Shown in pieces: positions 38,917 to 49,928 of a stretch of 64,000 bases of DNA. The translations under genes were made by a program, and so were the position numbers. The stretch comes from the human T2T-CHM13v2.0 reference genome, Homo sapiens: the NCBI RefSeq assembly GCF_009914755.1, contig NC_060935.1; one strand, 5' to 3'. Each line of letters begins with the position of its first letter. Within the stretch, counting starts at the first letter, position 1. The notes under the pieces are model-generated. The model saw only the letters and a program-made list of their open reading frames with translations, was not told the origin of the DNA and made no database searches.

Positions 38917-40972
38917 CCTGATATCCGGGGGGTAGAAGATGATAATACTCCCAAATTCACAGAAGGTGTACACCCCCCTATGATGTTATTCCTAATAGCC
39001 AGGGGGTAGAGGATGACATTACTCAAAATGTTGCAGTGGATATACATTTCTTCTGTGATCTTGTTCCTAATATCCTTCATGGGGAGAGGATGATATTACT
39101 CCCAATATCACAGGGGGCGTAGACCTCCCTTGTGATATTGTCCCTAACATCCAAAGGTGGAGAGGATATTTCTCCCAATATCGCAGGGGGCATAGACCTC
39201 CCCTGTGATATTATCCCTAATATCCTAAGGTGGAGAGGATGATATTTCTCCCAATTTCGCAGGGGGTGTAGACCACCCCAGTGATATTGTTCCTAATATC
39301 CATGGGGTGAGAGGATGATATTAGTCTCAATATCACAGGAGGTGTACACTCCCCAGTGATATTGTTCCTAATATCCAGGGACTGATAGGATGCTATTGCT
39401 CCCAATATAGCATCGGGTGTATACCCCTTCTGTGACATTGTTTTTAATAGCCAGCGGGAGAGAGGAAGATATTACTCCCAATATCGCAAGGCATATACAC
39501 CCAATTGTGATATTGTTCCTTATATCCCGGGAGGGAGACGATGATACTAGTGGCACTATCGCAGGGGGTGTACACACCCGCTGTGATATTGTTCCAAATA
39601 TCCCAGAGGGGAAGAAAATGATATTACTCCCAATATTGCAGGGGGGTGTACATCCTCCTGTGATATTGTTTCTTATATTCAGTGGGGAGAGGATAATACT
39701 ACTCCCAATATCGCAGGGGCTGTATACACCTCCTGCGATATTGTTCCTAACATCCTGAAGGGGAGAGCATAATATGACTCTCAATATCACGGGGAGTGTA
39801 CACCTCCTTTGTAATATTGTTCTTAATATCCATGATGAGAGAGGATATTACTCCCAATATTGCAGGGGATGTACAACCACCCTGGGATATTGTTCCTTAT
39901 GTCAACAGGGGGAGAGGATGATATTACTCCCAATATCGCAGGGGCTGTACACACCTCCTGTGATATTGTTCCTAATATCCCAGGGAAGAGAGGACGACAT
40001 TACACCCAATATCGCAGGGGATTTACACCCACCCAGTAATACTCTTCTTAATGTCCAGGAAGAGAAAGGATGCTATTAATCCCGATATCAAAGAGGTTTT
40101 ACTCTCCGCCACCCCGGGATATTGTTCCTAATATCCAAAGAAAGAGAGGATAACATCATGCCCAATATCGCAGGGGGTGTACACACCCCCTGTGATATTG
40201 TTCCTAATATCCAAAGGCAGAGAGGATGATATTACTCCCAAAATCGCAGGGGATGTTCACCCCTCTTGTGATAATTTTCTTAATATTTAGGGGGCAAGAC
40301 AATGATATTACTGTCCATATCACAGGGGTCACAACACCCCTGTGATATTGTTTTTAATATTCAATGGGGGAGAGGATGATAATAATTCCAATATAACAGG
40401 GGACACACCCCTTGTGATATTGTTCCTAATATCCGGGGGAAGATAAATGATATGACTCACAATATGGCAAGGGGTGTACAGCCCCTCCATAATATTGTCC
40501 CTAATACCCAGGAGGATTAGAATGATATTACTCCCAATATCACAGGGGGTGTACATGACCCCTTTGATATTGTTCCTAATATCCAGGAAGGGAGGGGATA
40601 ATATTACCCCCAATATCATAGGGGATGTACACCCTTGTGTGATGTTGTTTCTAATATTCAGTGGGAGAGAGGACAACATTAATCCCAATATCACAGGAGG
40701 TGTATAGATCTCTGTGATATAGTTCCTAATGAACAGGGAAAAGAGAAAAATATTACTCCCAATATTACAGGGTGTGTAAACCCCTCTGTATATTTTTCCC
40801 AACATGCCGTGGGGTAGAGGTTGATATTACTCCCAATATCGCAGCGGGTGCACACACTCCCTGTTACATTGTTCCTAATATACAGGAGAAGAGAGGATGA
40901 TATTAATCCCCATATAGAAGGATGGTGGGCACCTCTTGATGTACACAGTAAAGCACCCTCTCACTCCCTGGC

Positions 40973-41846
40973 TAGTGCAGGATCTGGCCAGCAGCCCACA
41001 ATGCAAGGGGGCTCTTTCTTTGTCCCCAGGCAGATCAGCAGGTCGAGAAATAATAGACACACACAAGATAGTGAAAACTGGGTCCAGGGGGGTCACCACT
41101 TTCTGGTCCCATGGTGCTGCCAATGCACTGGATATACCAGCATTTATTATTAAGTTTAGTGAGGGTGGGGGTAGGTTAGTGAGGGATTTAGGGTTGTTTG
41201 ATTATGAGGTGAGATGGTCACATGGGGATGAAGTAATTCTTTAACATAACATCTGTATGCAGAAGTACAGTATACAGAGATAAGAATTTACAGTATAGTG
41301 TGTGCATCAGTAATTTCCAACAGAGCCTTAAAACAGAAACACAGTCTTTCCATAACCTATGATTAGCAAGATATCAATCAACAGTAACAGTTGCAGCAAA
41401 AGCTGGTTACAAACAATCCGTAGAAACAGGATGTGAAGCTAGACAACCGGTTAGACCAGAAATTCTCAGAAGGGAGTATGCCTTAACCCTGAAGAGGCCT
41501 AGAAGAGCCGTGGCAAGATGAGGGCGTTTATAGCCCTATCTTATCCATATGAACAGGCACCCCTCATGCATCCATTTATAGGCTCTCCACAAGGGTCGCA
41601 TTCCATTCCCAGAGCTATGAACATCTGCTTTTCTGGGAAAGGAATCTTGGTGATGTGAAGCCTCCCTGACTGCACATCCGTTCATGGGCTCTCTTCAGGG
41701 GGAAGCACATCAAGCACTGTTGGCTCATTCTGGCAGTCCAACATGGCATTGTCTTTACACGACCCTGCATGCAACTTTGTATTTACAATAATCAGGAGCA
41801 TTTCATCTTTTATTCTGTAGCAATAGTTTCAGGGGGTCTCCCTACA
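40973..41846 (-). repeat. 3' LTR (MER11D-like)
   Basis: Direct repeat of 46989-47861. Adjacent to PPT AGAGAAAAGGGGGAGA (minus strand, 41847-41862). Minus-strand AATAAA at 41143-41148. Confidence 0.95.
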
Positions 41847-43873
41847 TCTCCCCCTTTTCTCTGATTTAAATGAACCATAGCAATCATAGCTTGGTGCTGA
41901 TTATGATTGGATTGAAGAATTTTTTTTCCAATTTTACACATGAACAATAAACCAATAGCACAAATTATACACAGAACAAAATTAATGATAGTGGATCCTT
42001 CCAAAGATTTTACCCATTGAATGGGGTTGAGATTAGATAACCCCTTAGAGATACCGTCTAAAACTTCAGCAATGGGTAAAGCAGTTAAGTGTGCTTGAGA
42101 GGCCTCAAATATCTGTTCTTCTAGCTTGCTTATGTCTAAACTTAAATTATCTTCACTTCCTTGTAAATGGAGTTTTACTGATTCCCAATTGTGAACAGAC
42201 TCATTATATTGAAACTGAGTTATACAAAAATCAGAAGTATTCCAATCACATTGCATTTGTAATCTATGTTCTAAAGTTATAATTCTATCTCCCATCCATA
42301 TAACAGTTTGTCTTAGATCATTAATTTGATTGGCCAATTTTTGATCAATACCTGACTGAGAATTCCACATCTGAGTGGAATTTTTTTGCCATTTATCCAT
42401 AAATGAACAGTTTGAATAGATTGATGTAATGCAACTCCAGCAGTAGCAGCAGTCGCAGTAACAGCAATCAAGCCCATTATTACTGCAATTAATGTAAAAA
42501 TAAATCATTTATTCCTTTTAAGAATTTTTTGTAGAATATTGTTAATAACACAGATAGAAGGGAAGATTCCCGAGGCCTATGTAAGGCTACAGGGAGCCAA
42601 ATAGCTTCTCTGGCTCTGAGTATTAAAATACTATGATATTGATTAAAGGATGAGTCAATACAAGCATACAAGTAACAATTAACACAGGTAATTATGTTGG
42701 TTTTTGAACTAATATGCATCTTTCCTACTAAAAACATATATGGTGGTTTAACACAACTTTTAAGTGGTATAGTTTTGTCAGTTTCCATATAGATAGTATA
42801 TATATTTCAGGATGGTACTCTTGTTTGTGAATGTGGGGTGGGGGAATAGGTTGTATGAGAGGTGGTGGGGGGACATTAGCAACGGGGAGGTATAAGTCCT
42901 CATAATCTTTACTGTCCCATCTTTGGATTGACCTTTTGATGATTGCCATAGTGATATTTTTGGCTGTTTGGAAATAGTAGTGTAAATTAATCTGTTGTCT
43001 TAGTTTTCAAGGTGACAAGGTGGATTTACTTATAACACTTTTTCCAGCCCAAACTCTCATACCAGTCATAGCTGTGGTTAATCTCCATAATTCTGAATGC
43101 TCACGTTGTAAGTGGGGAACAATGAGCCTTGGCTTTGGAGGGGCAACCACTACCTCTTTCCACTTAAAAGGACAAAAGGAGTTAAATCTAAGATATGAAA
43201 GGGAAGGGTTGTCACTACTTTTTTGATAAGTAATATCATAGAGAAAATGTTGACAATCTCTGTGACCTTGAGAGCAATCATTAGTAATATGACTTTTGGG
43301 AGCCCAATCAACAATGGTGTAGTGAGAAGAATTAAATAACACAGTTCCTTCTGAACTAACACAATCCTTCCATATTAATTTGTTAGCATTTGAAGACAAG
43401 TTGAGAAGACATGCAGATCCTAAAGGGTTATATCGGGATGTGTGAATACAATCAGTGATTCCTGTTTTGATCTGTCTTAGAGGTTTTACTGACAGCCCTG
43501 ATACCAAGTGTCCCAAAGGAGGCACAGAGTGACCAGATGGTAGTGTGACTGCCCAAGTTTGAATATCTAATGCGAGACATCCATTAGTGGGTCCCAGGCA
43601 CAAAGGTGGATACCTAAAACCTAAAGTGATATCCGAAGGGGTTCCTTCTTCTGAAGGTTGTGCAGGACAATGATCATCTATAGAACCAGGCATCCAAATA
43701 CTATCATTAACATAGACCTCTATAGGAGCATCCATCCATGTCACAGCTTGAATAAGAGGAGGAAAAGGAATATAGGCCCAATATGTATAGTTTTTAACAG
43801 TCTGTGGAGTGACAGAGTGTAGAAGGATCAGTGTCATCAGGAAGAGGCAGAGGTTGAGCCGGACCTGGATCAC
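41810..43873 (-). pseudogene. env: HERV-K env pseudogene (SU+TM) with stops and frameshifts
   Basis: SU motifs NYTYWAYIPFPPLIQAVTW and IPLKSCVKPPY. Furin site reads K-R-N-K-stop before fusion peptide [29 protein letters not shown] motif [22 protein letters not shown]...CDWNTSDFC. The frame ends inside the 3' LTR. Confidence 0.93.
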
Positions 43874-43880
43874 TGGATCA

Positions 43881-46125
43881 CAAGTTTAGTTGTATGTGAG
43901 GGGTAGACAACTCCTTATCCCCCTCTTTTTGTTTAAGTGATTGTAATTTTAGAGTTCTGTTACTTCTTTCTACATTAGCTTGGCCTTGTGGGTTATAAGG
44001 AATACCAGTAATATGTTTAATATGCTACTGATCAAGAAAATTTTTAAAAGCTTTACTGCAATAGGCTGGACCATTGTCTGTTTTGAGCTCACTGGGAATT
44101 CCCATAATCACAAAACATGAAAACATATGTTTTTTAACGTGAGAAGTGGCTTCTCCAGTTTGACAGGTAGCCCAGATGAAATTGGAAAAATGTGTCAATG
44201 GTGACATGCACATAAGCTAATTGCACAAAAGAAGGAACATGAGCAACATCCATTTGCCAAATAGCATTAGGAGAAAGGCCTTGGGGATTAACTCCAGGAG
44301 ATTGTGTGGCTAAGACAAGAATCTGACATTGAGAACAGCATTGTACAATTTGTTTAGCTTGTTTCCAACTGAGAGAATATTTATGTTTAAGACCTGAGGC
44401 GTTAGTATGAGTGAGTTGATGAAATTGTTCTGCATCTGTAATGGCTAGAGAAACTAGAGTATCAACTTTATGATTATCACTGGATAAAGGTCCAGGCAAA
44501 TTAGGATGAGATTGAATGTGAGTGATGAAAAAAGGGTGGTTTCAGTTTCTGACAGTCTTTTGTAACAAAGAGAACAAGGAAAACAGAATAGTGTCAGCAA
44601 TATTTTTGATGGTAACTGTTTCTATTGCCTTAGTGGCATGGACTACATAAGCTGAGTCAGAGACAATATTAAGAGGCTGATCAAAATCCTGTAATGCAGA
44701 GATAACAGCAAACAACTCGGCTTTTTGAGCAGAAGTGTATGGAGTAGAAATGACTTGATCTTTTGGTCCTGCATACCCTGCCTTTCCATTACTGGATCCA
44801 TCAGTAAAAATGGTAATGACTGCCTCTAGTGGTGATGAATGTGTAAGTTTTGGTAGAATCCAGGAAGTATTTCGTAGAAATTGAAAGAATTTTGACTTAG
44901 GCAAATGATTATCAATAGTGCCAATGAAGTCAGAGAGATTAGTCTGCCAGCACAAAGATGTAGAAAAGGCATTTTTAACTTCATTTTTTGACAAAGGGGC
45001 CACAATAATGTTTGGATCAAAGCCGGAAATTTTAGTGATATGTTGACGTCCTAACCCAATTAAAGTGGCCATTTGATCAAGATATATTGAAAGAGTTTTA
45101 GAGACTGAATTAGGAAGGAATACCCATTCAACTAGAGAATCATTTTGTATAATAAGTCCTGTAGGAGAGTAGATGGAAGGAAAAACTAAAAATTGTAAAG
45201 GCAAATTTGGGTCAATACGAGAGACTTGTGCCTCTCTCACTCATTATTCTGCAAAAGACAACTTTTGTTTTGTTGGTTCAGAGAGAGAGCAAGGACAGTT
45301 CTAAACCTGTATCTCCTGATAAAGTGGCAAATAGATGAGATAATGCATAAGTAGGGAAGGCTAGGGTTGGTCTGAGATAATTGATGTCATCTAGTAAATT
45401 TGAAAATCATTTAAGGTGTTTAAATTGTCAGTATGAAGTTGGACTTTTTGGTGTTTAATGGAGTGAGCTTCTAGCTGCATTCCTAAGTACAGAAAAGGAG
45501 TGGCTTGTTGAATTTTATCAGGAGCAATGTGGAGTCCTGCATTGGCAACAGCTAATTTTAAAGAGGTAAAACATTGAATTAATTCATCTTTAGTGGGAGC
45601 TGCAATCAGTATATCATCCATGTAATGAAGAATGTAATTATTTTTAAAAGTCTGTCAGATAGGTTGTAACACTACTGACAAACAACTGACAAATAGTAGG
45701 ACTGTTAATCATTCCTTGAGGTAAAACTTTCCATTGATATTTAGCTGCGGGATCTGAATTGTTAATGGAAGGTATAGTGAAAGCAAATTTTTCACAGTCT
45801 GACTTGTCTAAAGGAATATGAAAAAAGCAATCATTAAGGTCAATGATAATTAAAGGCCATTCCTTAGGAATCATGGAGGGGGAGGGCATACTGGGTTGTA
45901 ATGCCCCCATAGGTTTAATAACTGCATTAACAGCTCTTAAGTCTGTTACCATCCTCCATTTTCCTGACTTTTTTTGTACAACAAACACAGGCAAGTTCCA
46001 TGGAGACAAGGAGTGCTCAATAGTGTTTGCTTGTAGTACATTATTAACAATTTCAATTAAAGCCTCCAACTTGTGTTTGGAAAGCAGCCACTGCCCTACC
46101 TAAACAGGTAACTCACACACCCATT
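43881..46125 (-). pseudogene. pol: HERV-K pol pseudogene (RT, RNase H, C-terminally deleted integrase)
   Basis: RT motifs [40 protein letters not shown] and YMDD (about 45613-45624). RNase H motifs FTDGSS, SAQKAEL and SDSAY. Integrase motifs [22 protein letters not shown] and [10 protein letters not shown]. Several frameshifts and stops. Confidence 0.95.
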
Positions 46126-46827
46126 ATGCAGGGGCAGAGGAAAAGAGAGAAGAGAGTGAGGACACCGGGATGTGGACTGGGGGGAAGCAGGATTCCAAGC
46201 CTCTGAAGGAAGGGGTCCCAGAACATCAAAAGAAACAGTAGGCTTAGAAGAGTGGAGAGGTCCAAAAGGACAAGAGGAATGAGAAACAGGCCATTTAGCT
46301 GAATGCCACATGTCCTCCTCTGGCAGAGGGGGCAACGGCTTAGTAGAAGAAGAGTTAACATATACAGGTTCCAAGATAGGAGGTGGAGGGAGGAGATCAT
46401 CACCAGGTTCCTCCTCTTGGGGAGAAAACAAGGAAAGATTGAATTCCTCCTCATCATCAGAAGGAGGACTGGTAGGGGGGTCAGCTACCTGAGGTAAAGG
46501 GAGCGGCTCACCATCCGCATTAACTTGTGGCAGTTGAAGAGGATCACCAGACTGAAAAGGAAGTAAAGCAACATGAATAAGAGCCCAGTCGGTCCAAACA
46601 GAAATAGGAAGTAAAACACCATCTTTCATGAGTTGGTGACGCATGGCGCCAACTCTATCCCAGTCTAACAGGTCCATAGAACCTTTGCCAGGGAACCAAG
46701 GACAATATTTTTCAATAGTCTGAAATAAGAGAATAAGGTTATTGGAATCAGCCTTGATTCCACCCTGTTTAAGAAGAAGTTTAATAAAAGACAGATAAGC
46801 CTGGTGTTTAGATTGTCATTGTCCCAT
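46096..46827 (-). pseudogene. gag: HERV-K gag 5' part (matrix plus proline-rich region), truncated by deletion
   Basis: ATG at 46827 gives MGQ*QSKHQAYLSFIKLLLKQGGIKADSNNLILLFQTIEKYCPWFPGKGSMDLLDWDRVG, a betaretroviral matrix with a stop at codon 4, in frame with ORF 46096-46677. No capsid, nucleocapsid or protease follows. Confidence 0.9.
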
Positions 46828-46968
46828 AATAACCCTGGAATAATACCGGTCGACAAACCTGAAAAGAGGGGAGAGTCGGAAAAAGAGTACCCAGAGACCT
46901 TACCGTCAAGACTGAAGACTAGTCGTCATGAACCTGCACTCAGAGTGCACTGAGCTGAGAAACAAAGA

Positions 46969-46986
46969 AGGCCATGTTGGGCGCCA
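46969..46986 (-). promoter_or_regulatory. Primer-binding site, tRNA-Lys(CUU)-like
   Basis: Minus strand TGGCGCCCAACATGGCCT, 2 nt downstream of the 5' LTR. Resembles the Lys1,2 PBS TGGCGCCCAACGTGGGGC. Confidence 0.88.
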
Positions 46987-46988
46987 GA

Positions 46989-47861
46989 TATTGCGGGATC
47001 TGGCTAGCAGCCTGCAATGCAACAGGGCTCTTTCTTTGTCCCCAGGTGGATCAGCAGATCAAGAAACAATAGACACACACAAGATAGTGAAAGCTGGGTC
47101 CGGGGGGTCACCACCTCCTGGTCCCATGGTGCTGCCAATGCACTGGATGTAGCAGCATTCATTATTAAGTTTAGTGAGGGTGGGGGTAGGTTAGTGAGGG
47201 ATTTAGGGTTGTTTGATTATGAGGTGAGATGGTCACATGGGGATGAAGTAATTCTTTAACATAACATCTGTATGCAGAAGTACAGTATACAGAGATAAGA
47301 ATTTACAGTATAGTGTGTGCATCAGTAATTTCTAACAGAGCCTTAAAACAGAAACACAGTCTTTCCATAGCCTATGATTAGCAAGATATTAATCAACAGT
47401 AACAGTTGCAGCAAAAGCTGACTACAAACAATCCATAGAAACAGGATGTGAAGCTAGACAACCGGTTAGACAAGAAATTCTCAGAAGGGAGTATGCCTTA
47501 ACCCTGAAGAGGCCTAGAAGAGCCGTGGCAAGATGAGGGTGTTTATAGCCCTATTTTATCCATATGAACAGGCACCCCTCATGCATCCATTTATAGGCTC
47601 TCTGCAAGGGTTGCATTCCATTCCCAGAGCTATGAACATCTGCTTTTCTGGGAAAGGAAACTTGGTGATGTGAAACCTCCCTGACTGCACATCTGTTCAT
47701 GGGCTCTCTGCAGGGGGAAGCACATCACGTGCTGTTGGCTCATTCTGGCAGTCCAATCTGGCATTGTCTTTACACAATCCTGCATGCAACTTTGTATTTA
47801 CAATAATCAGGAGCATTTCATCTTTTATTCTGTAGCAATAGTTTCAGGGGGTCTCCCTACA
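46989..47861 (-). repeat. 5' LTR (MER11D-like)
   Basis: Adjacent to the PBS. About 42 differences from the 3' LTR by manual alignment (about 5%). Confidence 0.95.
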
Positions 47862-49528
47862 CCTGGCTATTATGATCCACATCGCAGTGGGGTGAGGCAC
47901 CCCCTGTGAGATGGGGAGTAATAGCATGATCCACGGTGGTTCCACTGCATGTTTATGATTTTGTGAGTAATATCAGCTCCCCCCTTGGAAATTACAAACT
48001 ATTTCACAGAGGGGTGTACACCCTCTGCAGTATTGGGAGTAATATCATCCTCTTTCTACCTGAATATTAAGGACAATATCACAGGAATGTTTATACTCCC
48101 TACAATATTGGGTGCCATATCATCCTCTCCCTTTTTGAAATTAGAAACAATATCACTGGGGGGCGTGTACACCTTCTGTGATATTGAAAGTAATATCATC
48201 CTCTTCTCTTCTGGATCTTGCGAACAATATCACTGGGGGGTGTACACTTTCGGCAATATTGGTAGTAATATTATCTTTTCCACCTTTGAATATTAAGGAC
48301 AATATCACAGGGGCGTGTACAACCCCTGCAATATTGGGAGGATTGTTATTCTATTCCCCCCTGCATATTAGGAAAAATATCAGAGTGAGTGTACACCTCC
48401 TGTGATATGGTGAGTAATATCCTCTTCTCCCCTTCTGGATATTTGGAACACTATCACACAGGGGTTTACACATTCTTCAATATCGGTGTAATGTCATCCT
48501 CTCCTTTTTTGAATGGTAAGAACAATATCACAGGGAGGGATGTACACCCCCTGCACTATTGGGAGTAATATCAGGCTCTCTCCGCCCTTGACGTTAGGAA
48601 CAATATCCCAGCGTTGGTCTCCACCTCCTACTATATTGAAAGTAATATCATCCTCTCCCTTCCTGGATATTAGAAACAAAATCACAGGGTAGGTGTACAC
48701 AGCCTGCGATATTGAAAATAATATAATCCTCTCCCCCTCTGGATATTAGGAACAATATCACAGAAGGGTTGTACACTCTCTGCCATATTGGGAGTAATAC
48801 CATTTTCTCCTTCCCTGAATATTAGGAGCAATATCCCCTGGTGGATGTACACCCACTGTTATATTGGGAGTAATGTCATACTCTACCCCCTGGATATTAG
48901 GAGCAATGTCAACTAATGGGTGTACACCCATGGCGATATTGGGGATAATATCATGCTCTCCCTCCCTGGATATTAGGAACAATATCACAGGTGGGTGTAC
49001 ACCTTCTGCAGTATAAAGAATAATGTTATCTTCTCTTCCTTTAGCTATTAAGAACAATATCACATGGGAAGTATACACCTCCTGCTCTATTGGGAGTAAT
49101 ATTCTCTCTTATTCTGGATAGCAGGAATAATATCACAGGCGGGGTGTATATCCCCTGTGATATTGAGAGTAATATCATCCTCTCCCAACGTGGATATTCG
49201 GAACAATATCACAGGGGGCATGTACTTCTCCGATATTGGTAGTAATATCATCCTCTCCCCCTGGATATAAGAAACAATATGACAGGCAGAATGGACACCC
49301 CCTGCGACATGGGGAGTAATATCCCTCCCTGGATATTGTGATCCACAGTGGACACACAGAGTGTTCATGATATTGTGAGTAATATCATCTCCCCCCTAGA
49401 AATTATGAACAATATTAAAGACGGGTGTACACCCTCTGCCATATAGGGTGTAATATCATCCTCTCTCCCCCTGGATATTAGAAACAACATCGCAGGTAGG
49501 AGTAGCATCCTCTGCAGTATTAGGAGTG

Positions 49529-49928
49529 ATAATATTATTAATTATTAATCATTAATTTCAATGTAATTATCCATGTTGTATTAATTAATATTAACTACTA
49601 ATATAATATTAATTATTAACAATTAATTTTATAGTTATACATTATTAATTATATGTAATTATGATTATATAATTATTAATAATTAAAATCTTTTATCAAT
49701 ATATTAATTACTAGTATTAATATTAACCATCAATTGTATATGTGTATTATTTATTAATTTTAAATTTAATTAATGTAAATTACTGATATTTTATTGATCA
49801 TAATACTATTAATTGTAAATAGTGATCATTAATATTAATAATTAATATTAGTTTGTCATTATGATTATTAATATCAATGATTGCTAGTAATTATTATATT
49901 TATTCATATTAATAATTAATATCCTTAT
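49529..49928. repeat. AT-rich core 3 at a satellite inversion centre
   Basis: As cores 1 and 2. Orientation flips across it and it has the same right-hand junction. Confidence 0.9.

Larger units (their letters stand above)
40973..47861 (-). mobile_element. Defective HERV-K provirus, most likely HML-7 (HERVK11D with MER11D LTRs)
   Basis: Two ~874-bp LTRs, perfect 6-bp TSD CCTGGC (40967-40972 and 47862-47867), tRNA-Lys PBS, polypurine tract and betaretroviral gag/pol/env remnants. The LTR start TGTAGGGAGACCCCCTGAAACTATTGCTAC matches MER11D as I recall it. Confidence 0.93.

Noticed and set aside
41810-42508. 232-aa ORF as a functional TM protein
   Set aside because: Its first ~37 residues are an out-of-frame reading of the fusion peptide, the furin site is destroyed by a stop and there is no signal peptide.
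46096-46677. 193-aa ORF as an intact Gag
   Set aside because: The true start at 46827 is followed by a stop at codon 4. The ORF lacks the myristoylation N-terminus and all of capsid and nucleocapsid.
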